A stretch of DNA of 57,165 nucleotides, counting the filler, from Deltaproteobacteria bacterium (GTDB lineage Bacteria; CG2-30-53-67): NCBI GenBank assembly GCA_013151235.1. It is 4 parts of 4 records of this genome, joined end to end, with 100 filler letters (N's around TTAATTAATTAA, not from the genome) between each part and the next. Parts side by side here need not be neighbours in the genome. Positions count along the whole stretch, not along the records: positions 1 to 16,593 come from JAADIO010000021.1; positions 16,694 to 30,622 come from JAADIO010000047.1; 2 more parts are not named here. One strand, written 5' to 3'. The position numbers were made by a program, and so were the translations under genes. Under the pieces are notes generated by a model that saw only the letters and a list, made by a program, of their open reading frames with translations, was not told where the DNA came from and made no database searches. Shown here piece by piece: positions 8,928-18,760 of this stretch (within the stretch, counting starts at the first letter, position 1; every line of letters begins with the position of its first letter).

Positions 8928-11900
8928 CGAAACGTGGAGGGGCCGGACGCCTTGCCGCTGCCTTCATCGAATCCAAACTGACGCCGCTGATCATCCTGGC
9001 GGCCCTCCTTCTGGGGGGCATGGCCGTGATGATGACCCCGCGTGAAGAGGAACCCCAGATCATCGTCCCGATGATGGATGTCCTCGTCCGTTTTCCGGGG
9101 GCCGGCCCGTCCGAGGTCGAATCCCGGATCACCTCCCCGATGGAACGGAAGCTCTGGGAGATCCCCGGGGTGAAATACCTTTACTCCATGTCCCGGCCGG
9201 GTCTCTCCATCGTCACGGTCCGCTTCCGCGTCGGCGAGAACGTGGAAGACTCCCTGGTCAAGCTCTACGACAAACTCGCATCAAATGCCGACCTGATCCC
9301 ACCGGGGGCCTCCCCACCGCTGGTCAAGCCCAAGTCGATCAACGATGTGCCGATCCTCGCGCTGACCCTCTGGGGGAAAAATTATCACGGCTATGAACTC
9401 CGGAGGATCGCAGACGAAACGGCCGTGGAAATCAAAAAGCTTGACGATATCTCCGAGGTGGAGATCCTCGGCGGCCGAAAAAGAACCGCGCGGGTCCTCT
9501 TCTCCGCGGAGCGGCTCTCCGCCTACGGTCTCTCCGCCCTCGGCGTGGCGCAACGTCTGGGGGAGGTAAACCGCAACCTGCAGGCCGGGAGTTTCAGCCG
9601 GCGGGATCGCTCCGTGAAGGTGGAAATCGGAAGCTTCCTCCGGGATGCCGGGGACCTGGGCGATGTCGTCGTGGGCGTATGGAACCATCGCCCCGTTTAT
9701 CTTCGGGACGTGGCCGAAATCAAAGACGGTCCCAATGCACCCGACGACTATCTCTTCTTCGGCACAGGTCCGGCGGGAAGGGCGAAGGGGATTGCCGGAG
9801 CCTTTGCCGGGAAAAGATTCCCGGCCGTCACCATTGACATCGCCAAGAGGAAGGGGACCAACGCCGTCTCGATCGCCCGGGCGGTCAAGGCGCGGGTGGC
9901 TTCACTCCGGGGAAGGGTCATCCCGGACGGAGTCCATGTCACCTGGACCCGGAACTACGGCGCCACAGCCCAGGAGAAATCGAACGAGTTGATGCAACAT
10001 CTCCTCCTTGCCACGGTTTCGGTAACGATCCTGATCGGTCTCTTTCTCGGGTTCTACGAAGCCCTGGTGGTGGCCGTAGCCGTCCCGGTGACCCTGGCGA
10101 TGACCCTCTTCATCAGCATGCTTTTAGGCTACACCTTAAACCGGGTCACCCTCTTCGCCCTGATCTTCGCGATCGGGATCCTGGTGGATGACGCGATCGT
10201 GGTGGTGGAAAACATCCACCGCCACTACAAGCTGAAGAAGGAAGATCCGCTGCAGGCGTCGATCACGGCGACCGACGAGGTCGGGAACCCCACGATCCTT
10301 GCAACACTGACGGTTATCGCGGCACTGCTCCCCATGGTCTTCATCTCCGGCCTCATGGGTCCCTACATGGAACCGATCCCGATCAACTCCTCGGTCGCCA
10401 TGGTCACCTCCCTGCTGATCGCCTTCATCGTCACGCCCTGGCTGACCTATCACATGACCGGCAAACGAAAAAACCTCAATGCAGAAAAGACCTTTGAACT
10501 CAAGGAGACCCGGCTTTACAAGCTCTATCACGCCATTCTCTGTCCCTTGGTCCGGAATCCGTGGAGACGGTGGTTCTTCCTGACCGGGGTCACCCTGCTC
10601 CTCTTTGCTTCCATGTTTCTGGTTTACGCCCACAGGGTCCGGGTGAAGATGCTCCCGTTCGACAATAAGAGCGAATTCCAGGTGATCATCGACATGCCGG
10701 AGGGGACCACCCTCGAGACCACCTCCGCCCTCTGCATGGAGATCGGCGATTATCTCGCCACAGTGCCCGAGGTCACCGACTACGAAATCTATACCGGGAC
10801 CCATGCCCCGATCAATTTCAACGGCCTGGTTCGCCACTATTTTCTTCGTCGGGGTCCCAACGTGGCCGGGATCCAGGTGAACCTGCTCAACAAACATGAT
10901 CGGAAGGCCCAGTCCCACGATATTGCCGTCCGGGTCCGTCCGAAGATCCAGCGGATCGCGAAACGGTACAATGCCCGGGTCAAGATCGCAGAGGTCCCGC
11001 CGGGGCCGCCGGTCCTCTCCTCGCTCGTAGCGGAGGTCTACGGTCCCGATCCCGCGGCACAACGCAGGCTTGGCAGGGAGATCCGGAACATCTTCGATTC
11101 GACACCGAACGTGGTGGACGTGGACTGGTACGAGGAGGATCCGCAACCGGAGGACCGGTTCGTCATCGACCGCGAAAAGGCCTCCCTTCTCGGGGTCTCT
11201 CCCAACGCCGTCACAAAGAGCCTGCGTCTCGCCCTGGCCGGGATGGACGTCGGGCTCCTTCATCTCCCCAGGGAGCGGGAAGCGGTCCCCATACGGCTCC
11301 GGTTCGACCGGAAGGAGCGATCCTCGGTTGAAGACCTGACCGCCGTCAAGGTCATGAACCGCCGGGGGAAGCTGATTCCGCTGTCCGAGCTGGTGCAGGT
11401 GCGGCGGGGATTCACGGAACCGACCATATTTCACAAGAACCAGAAACGTGTCGTCTATGTCACCGGCGATATGGCGGGAAGCGAGGAGAGCCCCGTTTAC
11501 GGCATTCTCGATATGCGGCACAAGGTTGAGGCGCTTGCAACGCCCGACGGAATCCCGATTGCAGAACACTATGCGGCGGAACCTTTGACCTCGGATCACT
11601 ATTCCGTGAAGTGGGACGGGGAGTGGCAGATCACCTACGAGGTCTTCCGGGACATGGGAATCGCCTTCGCCGCGGTCCTGGTTCTGATCTACATCCTGAT
11701 CGTCGGCTGGTTTCGCTCCTTCGTCGTCCCCCTCATCATCATGGCGCCGATCCCCCTGACCCTGATCGGGATCCTGCCGGGACACTGGATCACCGGCTCC
11801 TTCTTCACCGCAACCTCCATGATCGGTTTCATCGCACTGGCCGGCATCATCGTCCGGAACTCAATCCTGCTCGTTGATTTCATCCAGATGAGAAAAGAAG

Positions 11901-12142
11901 AGGGAGCCAGCCTGACCGACGCAGTCCTCGAAGCCGGCGCCGTCCGCTTCCGTCCCATCCTCCTGACCGCCCTCGCCCTGATCGTCGGCGCCTTGGTCAT
12001 CCTCCTCGATCCCATCTTCCAGGGGCTGGCCATCTCCCTGATCTTCGGGATCTTTGTCTCGACGGTCTTGACCCTGATCGTCATCCCGCTTCTCTATTAT
12101 ATGGTCATGAAGAACAAAGACGATGAGGGATGCAACCTCTGA
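8924..12142 (+). CDS. RND efflux permease (AcrB/AcrD/AcrF family)
   Basis: PREEEPQI, ILVDDAIVVVENI, RNSILLVDF and RFRPILLT motifs; ATGA overlap with the MFP gene. Confidence 0.95.
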   Translation: MTKRGGAGRLAAAFIESKLTPLIILAALLLGGMAVMMTPREEEPQIIVPMMDVLVRFPGAGPSEVESRITSPMERKLWEIPGVKYLYSMSRPGLSIVTVRFRVGENVEDSLVKLYDKLASNADLIPPGASPPLVKPKSINDVPILALTLWGKNYHGYELRRIADETAVEIKKLDDISEVEILGGRKRTARVLFSAERLSAYGLSALGVAQRLGEVNRNLQAGSFSRRDRSVKVEIGSFLRDAGDLGDVVVGVWNHRPVYLRDVAEIKDGPNAPDDYLFFGTGPAGRAKGIAGAFAGKRFPAVTIDIAKRKGTNAVSIARAVKARVASLRGRVIPDGVHVTWTRNYGATAQEKSNELMQHLLLATVSVTILIGLFLGFYEALVVAVAVPVTLAMTLFISMLLGYTLNRVTLFALIFAIGILVDDAIVVVENIHRHYKLKKEDPLQASITATDEVGNPTILATLTVIAALLPMVFISGLMGPYMEPIPINSSVAMVTSLLIAFIVTPWLTYHMTGKRKNLNAEKTFELKETRLYKLYHAILCPLVRNPWRRWFFLTGVTLLLFASMFLVYAHRVRVKMLPFDNKSEFQVIIDMPEGTTLETTSALCMEIGDYLATVPEVTDYEIYTGTHAPINFNGLVRHYFLRRGPNVAGIQVNLLNKHDRKAQSHDIAVRVRPKIQRIAKRYNARVKIAEVPPGPPVLSSLVAEVYGPDPAAQRRLGREIRNIFDSTPNVVDVDWYEEDPQPEDRFVIDREKASLLGVSPNAVTKSLRLALAGMDVGLLHLPREREAVPIRLRFDRKERSSVEDLTAVKVMNRRGKLIPLSELVQVRRGFTEPTIFHKNQKRVVYVTGDMAGSEESPVYGILDMRHKVEALATPDGIPIAEHYAAEPLTSDHYSVKWDGEWQITYEVFRDMGIAFAAVLVLIYILIVGWFRSFVVPLIIMAPIPLTLIGILPGHWITGSFFTATSMIGFIALAGIIVRNSILLVDFIQMRKEEGASLTDAVLEAGAVRFRPILLTALALIVGALVILLDPIFQGLAISLIFGIFVSTVLTLIVIPLLYYMVMKNKDDEGCNL

Positions 12143-12190
12143 AAGAAGGGACAGGCTGTTTTTCCGAGGTGCCGAACACCTGTCTGATGA

Positions 12191-15100
12191 TCAGAGTTCC
12201 GCGCCGGAGGCAACGGACGCAGCGGTCTGACGTTTTGCAATCCAGTCTTTTCCCCGCTGACGAAGGCCATCCACCAGACTATAGAAGATCGGCACATAGA
12301 TGAGGGTCAGGAAGGTCGCCACAAAGAGTCCCCCGATGGCGACGACCGCGAGCGGGGAGAGCCTCTCGAGGCCGAGCGCACGCTCGGCGGCGATCGGGAG
12401 CATACCGACGATAGTTCCGGTGGCGGTCATGAGGATCGGCCGGGTCCGGACCCGAACGGCCTGTTCGATGGCGTCCCGGGTCTCCGCACCTTCGGCCCGG
12501 GCTTTCTCGATGAAGTCGATCAGCAGGATCGAATTGTTCACGACAACCCCGGCCAGAAGGATCATTCCCATGTTCGCCGGCATGCAGGCGTGCCGCCCGG
12601 TGACGAGAAGCCCCCAGACCCCGCCGATCATGGCAAGCGGGATGGCGGTCATGATGATGACCGGGGTCGTCCAGGAGCGGAAGGTCGGCACCAGTGTAAA
12701 GAAGAGCAGAATAACCGCAAGGATGAGGGCACGTTTCAGCCGGACCCCGGCTTCGGTCATGTTCTTGATCTCCCCTTCATGGCTGATACTGTATCCCGGC
12801 GGGAGGGGAAGGCCGGAAAGGACTTTGACGACCCGTTCCTGAAGGTGTGAGATGGAGGTGGTTCCCCGGTAACCATAGATATCGACGGTCGGCTCGAGAT
12901 CCTGACGGGTGAACCGGGTCCGGGTCCATCTCTTCTTCACGGTTGCGAGTTCGGAAAGGGGCACCGGTCCCAGCGGGGTGGCGATCTGGACGGCCTTGAG
13001 GGCGGAAAGGCTGTTTCTTGCCCCCTCGGGATAACGAACACGTATCAGGTAGCCGTCTTCCCCCGGGACCCGCAGCACCGAAGCGGGCCCGCCTTTGAGG
13101 GCGTCCGTGAGCTGGCGGCTGATTTCCACGGGGCCCACGCCGTAGCGGCTCGATTTTTCCACATCGATGGTGAGAAGGAGCTGCCGCTTGTCTCGGGTCC
13201 AGGAACGTGTGACCGTGGTGAGTCCCCGGACCTTGCGGAGCCGTGCCGCCGCCTGATCGGCCAGGGAGTCCAGAACTCGGGGATCCGGGCCGGAGATCAT
13301 TACATCGACCGGGGCGCTGATCGAGGAAAGCGGCGTAGCCCCGAAATCGTAGACATCCAGCGACTTGAGTCCCGGGATCCCCGCCGCCGCTTTCCGGATC
13401 TCCCCCTCCAGCTGCCAGATGGTTTTCTTCCTGTGAAAGCGGTCCACGAAGTGAACGGTTATCATCCCCTGCTGCGGGGTTCGTCCGGTACCGAAACTGA
13501 TGACCCCCGCCTCGGAGCCGACCGTCGTGGAGATCTTCTCCAGCCCCGGCATCTTCTTCAGGATCGCCTCGATCTTCTTCGTCGCCGACTCGGTCGCGGC
13601 GAGGGAGGCATCCGGTTCGGTTTCGAATGCGATTTTCATGATCCCCGTGTCCATGGGGGGCATGAGATCTCGTCCGGCCACAGGCATCTGCTTCATGCTG
13701 ACCACGAAGAGTGCAATGACGGGTAAGATGAAGAGGGGCTTGTGCCGCAGGGCCGTGTGGATCAAACCGGCAAAAAAATCCCGGATCGGATCCACCACGA
13801 ACCGTCCGAAGAGGGCCGTGAGCCGTTCCAGCCGGGTCTTCTCGGAAGAGGACCGCACCAGATAAGGGGCCAGCAGAGGAATGACCGTAACGGACACGAT
13901 ATAGCTGGAAAGAAGAGCAAGGGCCAGCACCACCGTGAACTGTCTCAGGATCCTCTGGACATAGCCGCCGCTGAACATGATCGGGACCAGGACGATCACC
14001 GTGGTAAAGGTCCCGGCCCAGTCGGCCAGGAGGATCTCGTTGAGGCCGTCCACCACCGCCCGGTAGATCGGTTTTCCCAACTGGCGAAAATGCCGCTCGA
14101 TATTTTCGATCACCACGATGGCATCATCAAGGAGGAGACCCACTGCCACGATCACCGCGGTCAGCGTAACGATGTTCAGTTCGTAGCCGAAGAGATACAT
14201 GGCCGCAAAGGTCAGAAAATAGGTAAAGGGGATGGAGATGGCGGCAAGGATCGAGATCCGGGTGTTGGCGAGAATCAGGAAGATCACCGCCAGGGTCATG
14301 AGCACGGCGTCCCGCAGGGCATCGGCCATATTCCCCACGCTGGTCCGGATGATGCCCCGCTGCGTATCGGCCACCTCCATGGAGAGTTCCGGGTATTTGG
14401 CCCGGATCAAAGGCAGCGCCCGCTCTACCGCGTCGATCGTGGTCGTAACGTGACCATGCTCCGGCCGCATGATGTTCATCCCGATCGCAGCCCTTCCGTT
14501 CCCCCGGTAGAGGGATTGCCGTTCCCGGAAGGCGGTCCGGACCTTCGCCACGTCCCGGAGGTGGATCTCCCCCCCGACCTCATGCCCGACCACAATCTCC
14601 TCCAGCCCGGCCTTTCGGAGACGTTCCCCCTCGGTCTTGACCAGGAACTGGCTCCCCTTCCGGAGGATCAGTCCATCAGGGATATTCACGTTCTGGGCCC
14701 GGATGGACAGGAGCACCTCTTCGAGGGAGAGGCCATGGGCATGAAGTTTCCTCGGATCGATCTCGACCTCCATCTCCGGGAAGTAACCGCCGAAGATTTC
14801 AACGTCGGCCACATCCGGAATCCGGAGAAAATCTTCACGGATCTCATTGTCAGCCAGTTGACGAACCTTTTCCAGATCCAGATGGCTCCCCGGACGAGGG
14901 CTTAGGGCCAGGGTGAAGACCGGCGTGGTGGCGTCACTCACCCGGAAGATCTCCGGAGGGAGGATATCCTGCGGAAGCTTGGAAGCAATCCGCTGCAGAA
15001 CATTCGCCACATCCGTGGCAGCGGCATCCAACCCCTTTGCATACTCGAATTCCACGCTCACCGCAGCCATCTCATCCCGGCTGACGGAACGGACCTTACG

Positions 15101-15361
15101 AACCAGGTCCACCGTGGCCAGTTCCTTCTCCACGGTACGGGTCACCTTGTCTTCCACATCTTCGGCCGAGGCCCCCGGTTCCGGGATGATCACCGAGATC
15201 ACCGGGTAGTTCGCATCCGGGAAGAGGTTCAGCGGCATCGACTTGAAACCGATAAATCCCAGGGCCGCGGCCAGCAAGATAACGGAGGTGATCAGATGAG
15301 GCCGTTTGAGATAGGACTCGATAAAGGATTTCCTGGATTCGGTATCTTGCGGGGTTGTCAT
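12191..15361 (-). CDS. RND efflux permease (AcrB family), second system
   Basis: LFPDANYP, LLDDAIVVIENI, NNSILLIDF and RTRPILMT motifs. Confidence 0.95.
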   Translation of the reverse strand: MTTPQDTESRKSFIESYLKRPHLITSVILLAAALGFIGFKSMPLNLFPDANYPVISVIIPEPGASAEDVEDKVTRTVEKELATVDLVRKVRSVSRDEMAAVSVEFEYAKGLDAAATDVANVLQRIASKLPQDILPPEIFRVSDATTPVFTLALSPRPGSHLDLEKVRQLADNEIREDFLRIPDVADVEIFGGYFPEMEVEIDPRKLHAHGLSLEEVLLSIRAQNVNIPDGLILRKGSQFLVKTEGERLRKAGLEEIVVGHEVGGEIHLRDVAKVRTAFRERQSLYRGNGRAAIGMNIMRPEHGHVTTTIDAVERALPLIRAKYPELSMEVADTQRGIIRTSVGNMADALRDAVLMTLAVIFLILANTRISILAAISIPFTYFLTFAAMYLFGYELNIVTLTAVIVAVGLLLDDAIVVIENIERHFRQLGKPIYRAVVDGLNEILLADWAGTFTTVIVLVPIMFSGGYVQRILRQFTVVLALALLSSYIVSVTVIPLLAPYLVRSSSEKTRLERLTALFGRFVVDPIRDFFAGLIHTALRHKPLFILPVIALFVVSMKQMPVAGRDLMPPMDTGIMKIAFETEPDASLAATESATKKIEAILKKMPGLEKISTTVGSEAGVISFGTGRTPQQGMITVHFVDRFHRKKTIWQLEGEIRKAAAGIPGLKSLDVYDFGATPLSSISAPVDVMISGPDPRVLDSLADQAAARLRKVRGLTTVTRSWTRDKRQLLLTIDVEKSSRYGVGPVEISRQLTDALKGGPASVLRVPGEDGYLIRVRYPEGARNSLSALKAVQIATPLGPVPLSELATVKKRWTRTRFTRQDLEPTVDIYGYRGTTSISHLQERVVKVLSGLPLPPGYSISHEGEIKNMTEAGVRLKRALILAVILLFFTLVPTFRSWTTPVIIMTAIPLAMIGGVWGLLVTGRHACMPANMGMILLAGVVVNNSILLIDFIEKARAEGAETRDAIEQAVRVRTRPILMTATGTIVGMLPIAAERALGLERLSPLAVVAIGGLFVATFLTLIYVPIFYSLVDGLRQRGKDWIAKRQTAASVASGAEL

Positions 15362-15414
15362 GATTTTACCTTATGGATGTATGGGTTGATGGTTTCCGCC
15401 AGGGGCTTCGGAGG

Positions 15415-16524
15415 CTACTCCTGGGAATGAACAATCCGGACCGTTTCCCCCTCATGGAGCCTGAGGAGTGCGCTCTCCTGTGCCGTCACGACCCGGGCCT
15501 TCTCCGGGATCGCCCCGCTGACCACGGCCCATTCCGGCCCCCGGGAGAGGAGTGTGATCTTTTCGATGTGAATCGTTTCATCATCCTTGATCCGGTAGAG
15601 ATAGACCGCATCGGTGTTTTCCAGCAGGGCACGCGTAGGAACCCGCCACCCCTGATGTTGACGAATGACAAGATCCACATCCAGGGTAGCGCCGGTCGGG
15701 AGACCAAAAGGGGAAGGAATGACATCAAGCTCCACAACGGCAAGGGTCCCTGCACGGACGGCCGGATGAATCCGGCTGATCCGGGCGGAGAGTTTCGGTC
15801 CACCGTCGAGCCCCGGTAATAGAAAGGCTTTGCCGCCGACCCGGAGTTTCGGAAAAAGATCCTGGGGGACCTTCACGGAGACGAAGTAGCCGAGATCGGG
15901 CGTCTCCATCGCGAGAACCGGTTTCCCCGGTACGGCAAGATCCCCCGGATCAGCCAGCCGGGCCGTAATCACCCCATTGCACGGGGCGGTAATACGGGTG
16001 TAGGAAAGGTTTGTCTTTGCTGTGTGAAGTTCATGCGAAAGCGCCGTCACCCGCGCGCGGGCCGCATCCCTCACGGAATGCGAACGGTCCATAGCCTCCC
16101 GGCTGATCGCCTTCGCTGCGAAGAGGTCGGCATCCCGCCGATAGATCGCCTCCTGCGTAACCAGGGCGGTTTGCGCGGCGGCGAGCTCGGCCCGAACTTC
16201 CGCAACCTTGTCCCGCTCAAGCCGGTCATCCAGGCGGGCGAGGAGGTCTCCCTTCTTCACCTTCGCCCCTTCCCGAACCCGGACCTCTACAAGGGAACCT
16301 GTGACTCTGGGCGCAAGGTCCGCCGCCTCCTTCGCCGACAGTGTTCCGAGGAACCGCTTCGTTTCGGGAAAGATCCCTTTCACGACCGGCGCCGTCTCCA
16401 CGGCAGGGACAACCTCCGCCGGCAGGGGAACCTGTGCAAGTTCGGCCTTCCGGTGTCGAACCAGGAGAACTCCTGCTGAGATGAGGAGGAGGACTCCAAC
16501 GATCCCGATGATTTTCTTTTTCAT
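15415..16524 (-). CDS. RND efflux periplasmic adaptor (MFP)
   Basis: N-terminal TM anchor, VREGAKVKKGDLL and ITAPCNGVI. Confidence 0.9.
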   Translation of the reverse strand: MKKKIIGIVGVLLLISAGVLLVRHRKAELAQVPLPAEVVPAVETAPVVKGIFPETKRFLGTLSAKEAADLAPRVTGSLVEVRVREGAKVKKGDLLARLDDRLERDKVAEVRAELAAAQTALVTQEAIYRRDADLFAAKAISREAMDRSHSVRDAARARVTALSHELHTAKTNLSYTRITAPCNGVITARLADPGDLAVPGKPVLAMETPDLGYFVSVKVPQDLFPKLRVGGKAFLLPGLDGGPKLSARISRIHPAVRAGTLAVVELDVIPSPFGLPTGATLDVDLVIRQHQGWRVPTRALLENTDAVYLYRIKDDETIHIEKITLLSRGPEWAVVSGAIPEKARVVTAQESALLRLHEGETVRIVHSQE

Positions 16525-16593
16525 AGTCTCATCCTTTTCATGTTTCGCCTTTCTCCGTAAGAGAGGAGCCTGATTGCAAAACCATCCTCTCGC

Positions 16594-16693
16594 NNNNNNN
16601 NNNNNNNNNNNNNNNNNNNNNNNNNNNNNNNNNNNNNTTAATTAATTAANNNNNNNNNNNNNNNNNNNNNNNNNNNNNNNNNNNNNNNNNNNN
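16594..16693. other. Artificial scaffold linker (N-run with TTAATTAATTAA)
   Basis: 100-bp N block with a six-frame stop linker. Confidence 0.97.
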
Positions 16694-16819
16694 GGCCATG
16701 GTTCCCGTGGCGTCCTGCGTCAGGGTCTGGTCGATTTTGATCCCGATCTCCTCTCCAGGGGTAAGTCTTCCTGAAACAAGATGTCGTGAGAGGATTTTCC
16801 GGACGATGTTCTGGCCCAT
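16694..16819 (-). CDS. acn: Aconitate hydratase, 5' fragment truncated by the contig end (not in the ORF track)
   Basis: My translation is MGQNIVRKILSRHLVSGRLTPGEEIGIKIDQTLTQDATGTMA, with RBS AGGAG; DQTLTQDATGTMA is an aconitase N-terminal motif. Confidence 0.85.
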
Positions 16820-17097
16820 ATGCACTCCTTTTGTTCATGAGACGATTTTGCAGGAAGTCGTCAACGGCCCGGCCCGGGATGGGAAAAGCCGGTTGCCCCG
16901 GGATCGCTTTATTGTGAATGCCGCCGGAAGCCGCATATCGTAAAGAAATCATGGGGACGTTTCAGTGTGATTGACTCCGAATAGCGGGGGATAATTCTCC
17001 TTTTCCGCGATCAATCATAAAAAGATTCTATCAGATCATGTTGCAAGAATCTATTATTTTTCCGGAAGGGTTTGCAGGGAAAGGGGCGGATAAGAAC

Positions 17098-17135
17098 AAA
17101 AAAAGACAGGCAGTTTTTCTGCCTGTCTTTTTTTT
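17098..17135. terminator. Bidirectional rho-independent terminator downstream of hsp20
   Basis: AAAAAAAGACAGGCAG-TTTTT-CTGCCTGTCTTTTTTTT. Confidence 0.85.
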
Positions 17136-17151
17136 CTTCAGGCGGTATATC

Positions 17152-17625
17152 TCAGGCCGCCTTGATCCCTTTTTTCGGGATTTCAATGGGGATCTTCTTT
17201 GCCTTTCCTTCTTCTTTTACCGGGGCGCTGATGACCAGCATCCCCTCTTCGAATTCGGCATGAAGATCGTCCGTGTCGACGCCTTCCGGAAGGGGGACGG
17301 ACCGTTCAAACGCACCGTAACGGATCTCCCGGAGCATGTAGTCTTTCTCTTTTACATCCTTGTCTTCCCGGCTTTCTCCCTTCAGAATGAGTTGGTTGCC
17401 CATGATCGAGACGTCGATCTTCTCCGGATCCATGCCGGGGACATGAGCCTTCAGGTAGAAACGATCTTCCTGCGTGTACGTCTCCAGGAGGGGATAGCGG
17501 CTCCCTTCCTTCAGCAGACGACCGAATCCGCCGAAGTCTCCGAAGGCTCGCCGGAAAAGTTCATCCACATCATGGTGCAGTGTTGAAAGTTCCCTGAAAG
17601 GATCCCAGCGTGTCAGACCTTTCAT
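17152..17625 (-). CDS. Hsp20/alpha-crystallin small heat shock protein
   Basis: WDPFRE, VPGMDPEKIDV, EIRYGAFERSVPLP and GMLVI motifs; RBS GGGAGG before ATG 17625. Confidence 0.95.
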   Translation of the reverse strand: MKGLTRWDPFRELSTLHHDVDELFRRAFGDFGGFGRLLKEGSRYPLLETYTQEDRFYLKAHVPGMDPEKIDVSIMGNQLILKGESREDKDVKEKDYMLREIRYGAFERSVPLPEGVDTDDLHAEFEEGMLVISAPVKEEGKAKKIPIEIPKKGIKAA

Positions 17626-17652
17626 TCGAATCACCTCCCTTGATAAACGGCT

Positions 17653-17737
17653 TTTGCAGCCTGCAAATAAGAGTGGTTTTGCCTTGAACCCGGGTTCCTC
17701 ACTGCCTACATTATAATCCCGATTTTCCGACTGTCAA
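17653..17737 (-). promoter_or_regulatory. hsp20 promoter with degenerate CIRCE-like operator
   Basis: Minus-strand TTGACA(17737-17732)-16 bp-TATAAT(17715-17710). The element TTTGCAGCC-N9-GAGTGGTTT (17653-17679) matches each CIRCE half at 6/9 positions. Confidence 0.55.
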
Positions 17738-17917
17738 GGGCCCTGGTTATTTGTTAACATGATGAAAATAAAAGCTTATTTGCTTTACGGATATTGTTAT
17801 ACCGACCGGATTGCCCGGGTTTTCGAAAAGATCTTCGTTGTCAGTCTCCCCAAGTCGTAATATAATGAATCTTATATCCGCACCATTCATTCTTTGTTCG
17901 TTCAAAAGGGAACCTTC

Positions 17918-18652
17918 ATGCAGATTTATTTTGAACAAGAGGGAGATCTTCGAAATACCTCCCTTGCCGTGATTCTGAAATCTCTCTGTGACCGGTCTGA
18001 AACGGGGATGCTCTCCCTCGATCGGGAGCTGATGAAGAAATCGATCTTTTTCAATTCCGGCAATATTGTTTTTGCGACCTCGAATTGGGAAAACGATCGT
18101 CTCGGCACCTTTCTCTTCCGGAACGGGATTCTTTCCTGTGAGGATTTCGAGAGGTCTTCCGAACTGATGACGCCGAACCGGCGTCATGGGGAGATCCTCG
18201 TGGAACTCGGGATCATCTCCCGCAGGAATCTGAACTGGGCCGTGAAGGAGCAGGTCAAGGAGATCATCATGAGCCTCTTCCTGTGGGATCGGGGGAGTTT
18301 TACCTTTATCTCTATGGGGCCTTTAAAAGATGAGCCGATCACGCTGAAAACCAGGACCCTCGATCTGATCCTCGAGGGGACAAGACGGATTCAGGACTGG
18401 CGTATTGTCCGGCGGGAGATCGGTCCCCTCGAAAACCTTTACCGTTGTTGTCCCGGTGCCGGGAAGATTCAGGAGAGCCTCTATCTGAAGCCGAAGGAAA
18501 AGAAAGTTCTGGAGACCCTCCGGGAGGCCAGGAGTATCCAGGAGATCTGCCGGGAACTTTCTTTTGGAGATTTTGAAATCTGCCGTATTCTCATGGGACT
18601 CCGGACCGTGGGAATTATTGAAAAAGCCGAACAGCCTGCGGAAGTCCTCTGA
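17918..18652 (+). CDS. DUF4388 domain protein
   Basis: GDLRNTSLAVIL..ETGML..KSIFFNSGNIVFA..DRLG..WDRGSFTF..LILEGTRR pattern. Confidence 0.85.
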   Translation: MQIYFEQEGDLRNTSLAVILKSLCDRSETGMLSLDRELMKKSIFFNSGNIVFATSNWENDRLGTFLFRNGILSCEDFERSSELMTPNRRHGEILVELGIISRRNLNWAVKEQVKEIIMSLFLWDRGSFTFISMGPLKDEPITLKTRTLDLILEGTRRIQDWRIVRREIGPLENLYRCCPGAGKIQESLYLKPKEKKVLETLREARSIQEICRELSFGDFEICRILMGLRTVGIIEKAEQPAEVL

Positions 18653-18760
18653 TCCGTTCTATTCCCCTGCTCACCCCGACTCTGCCGTGAAAAAGATTTG
18701 TCAAAGGTACGTTGTTGTTGTATCGTATCAGGCCGGATACAACAATGGAAGGGTTTGGTC

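Noticed and set aside
16594-16693. TTAATTAATTAA palindrome within N-runs (also at 30623 and 44301)
   Set aside because: It is an artificial contig-joining linker, not biological; gene adjacency across it was not interpreted.
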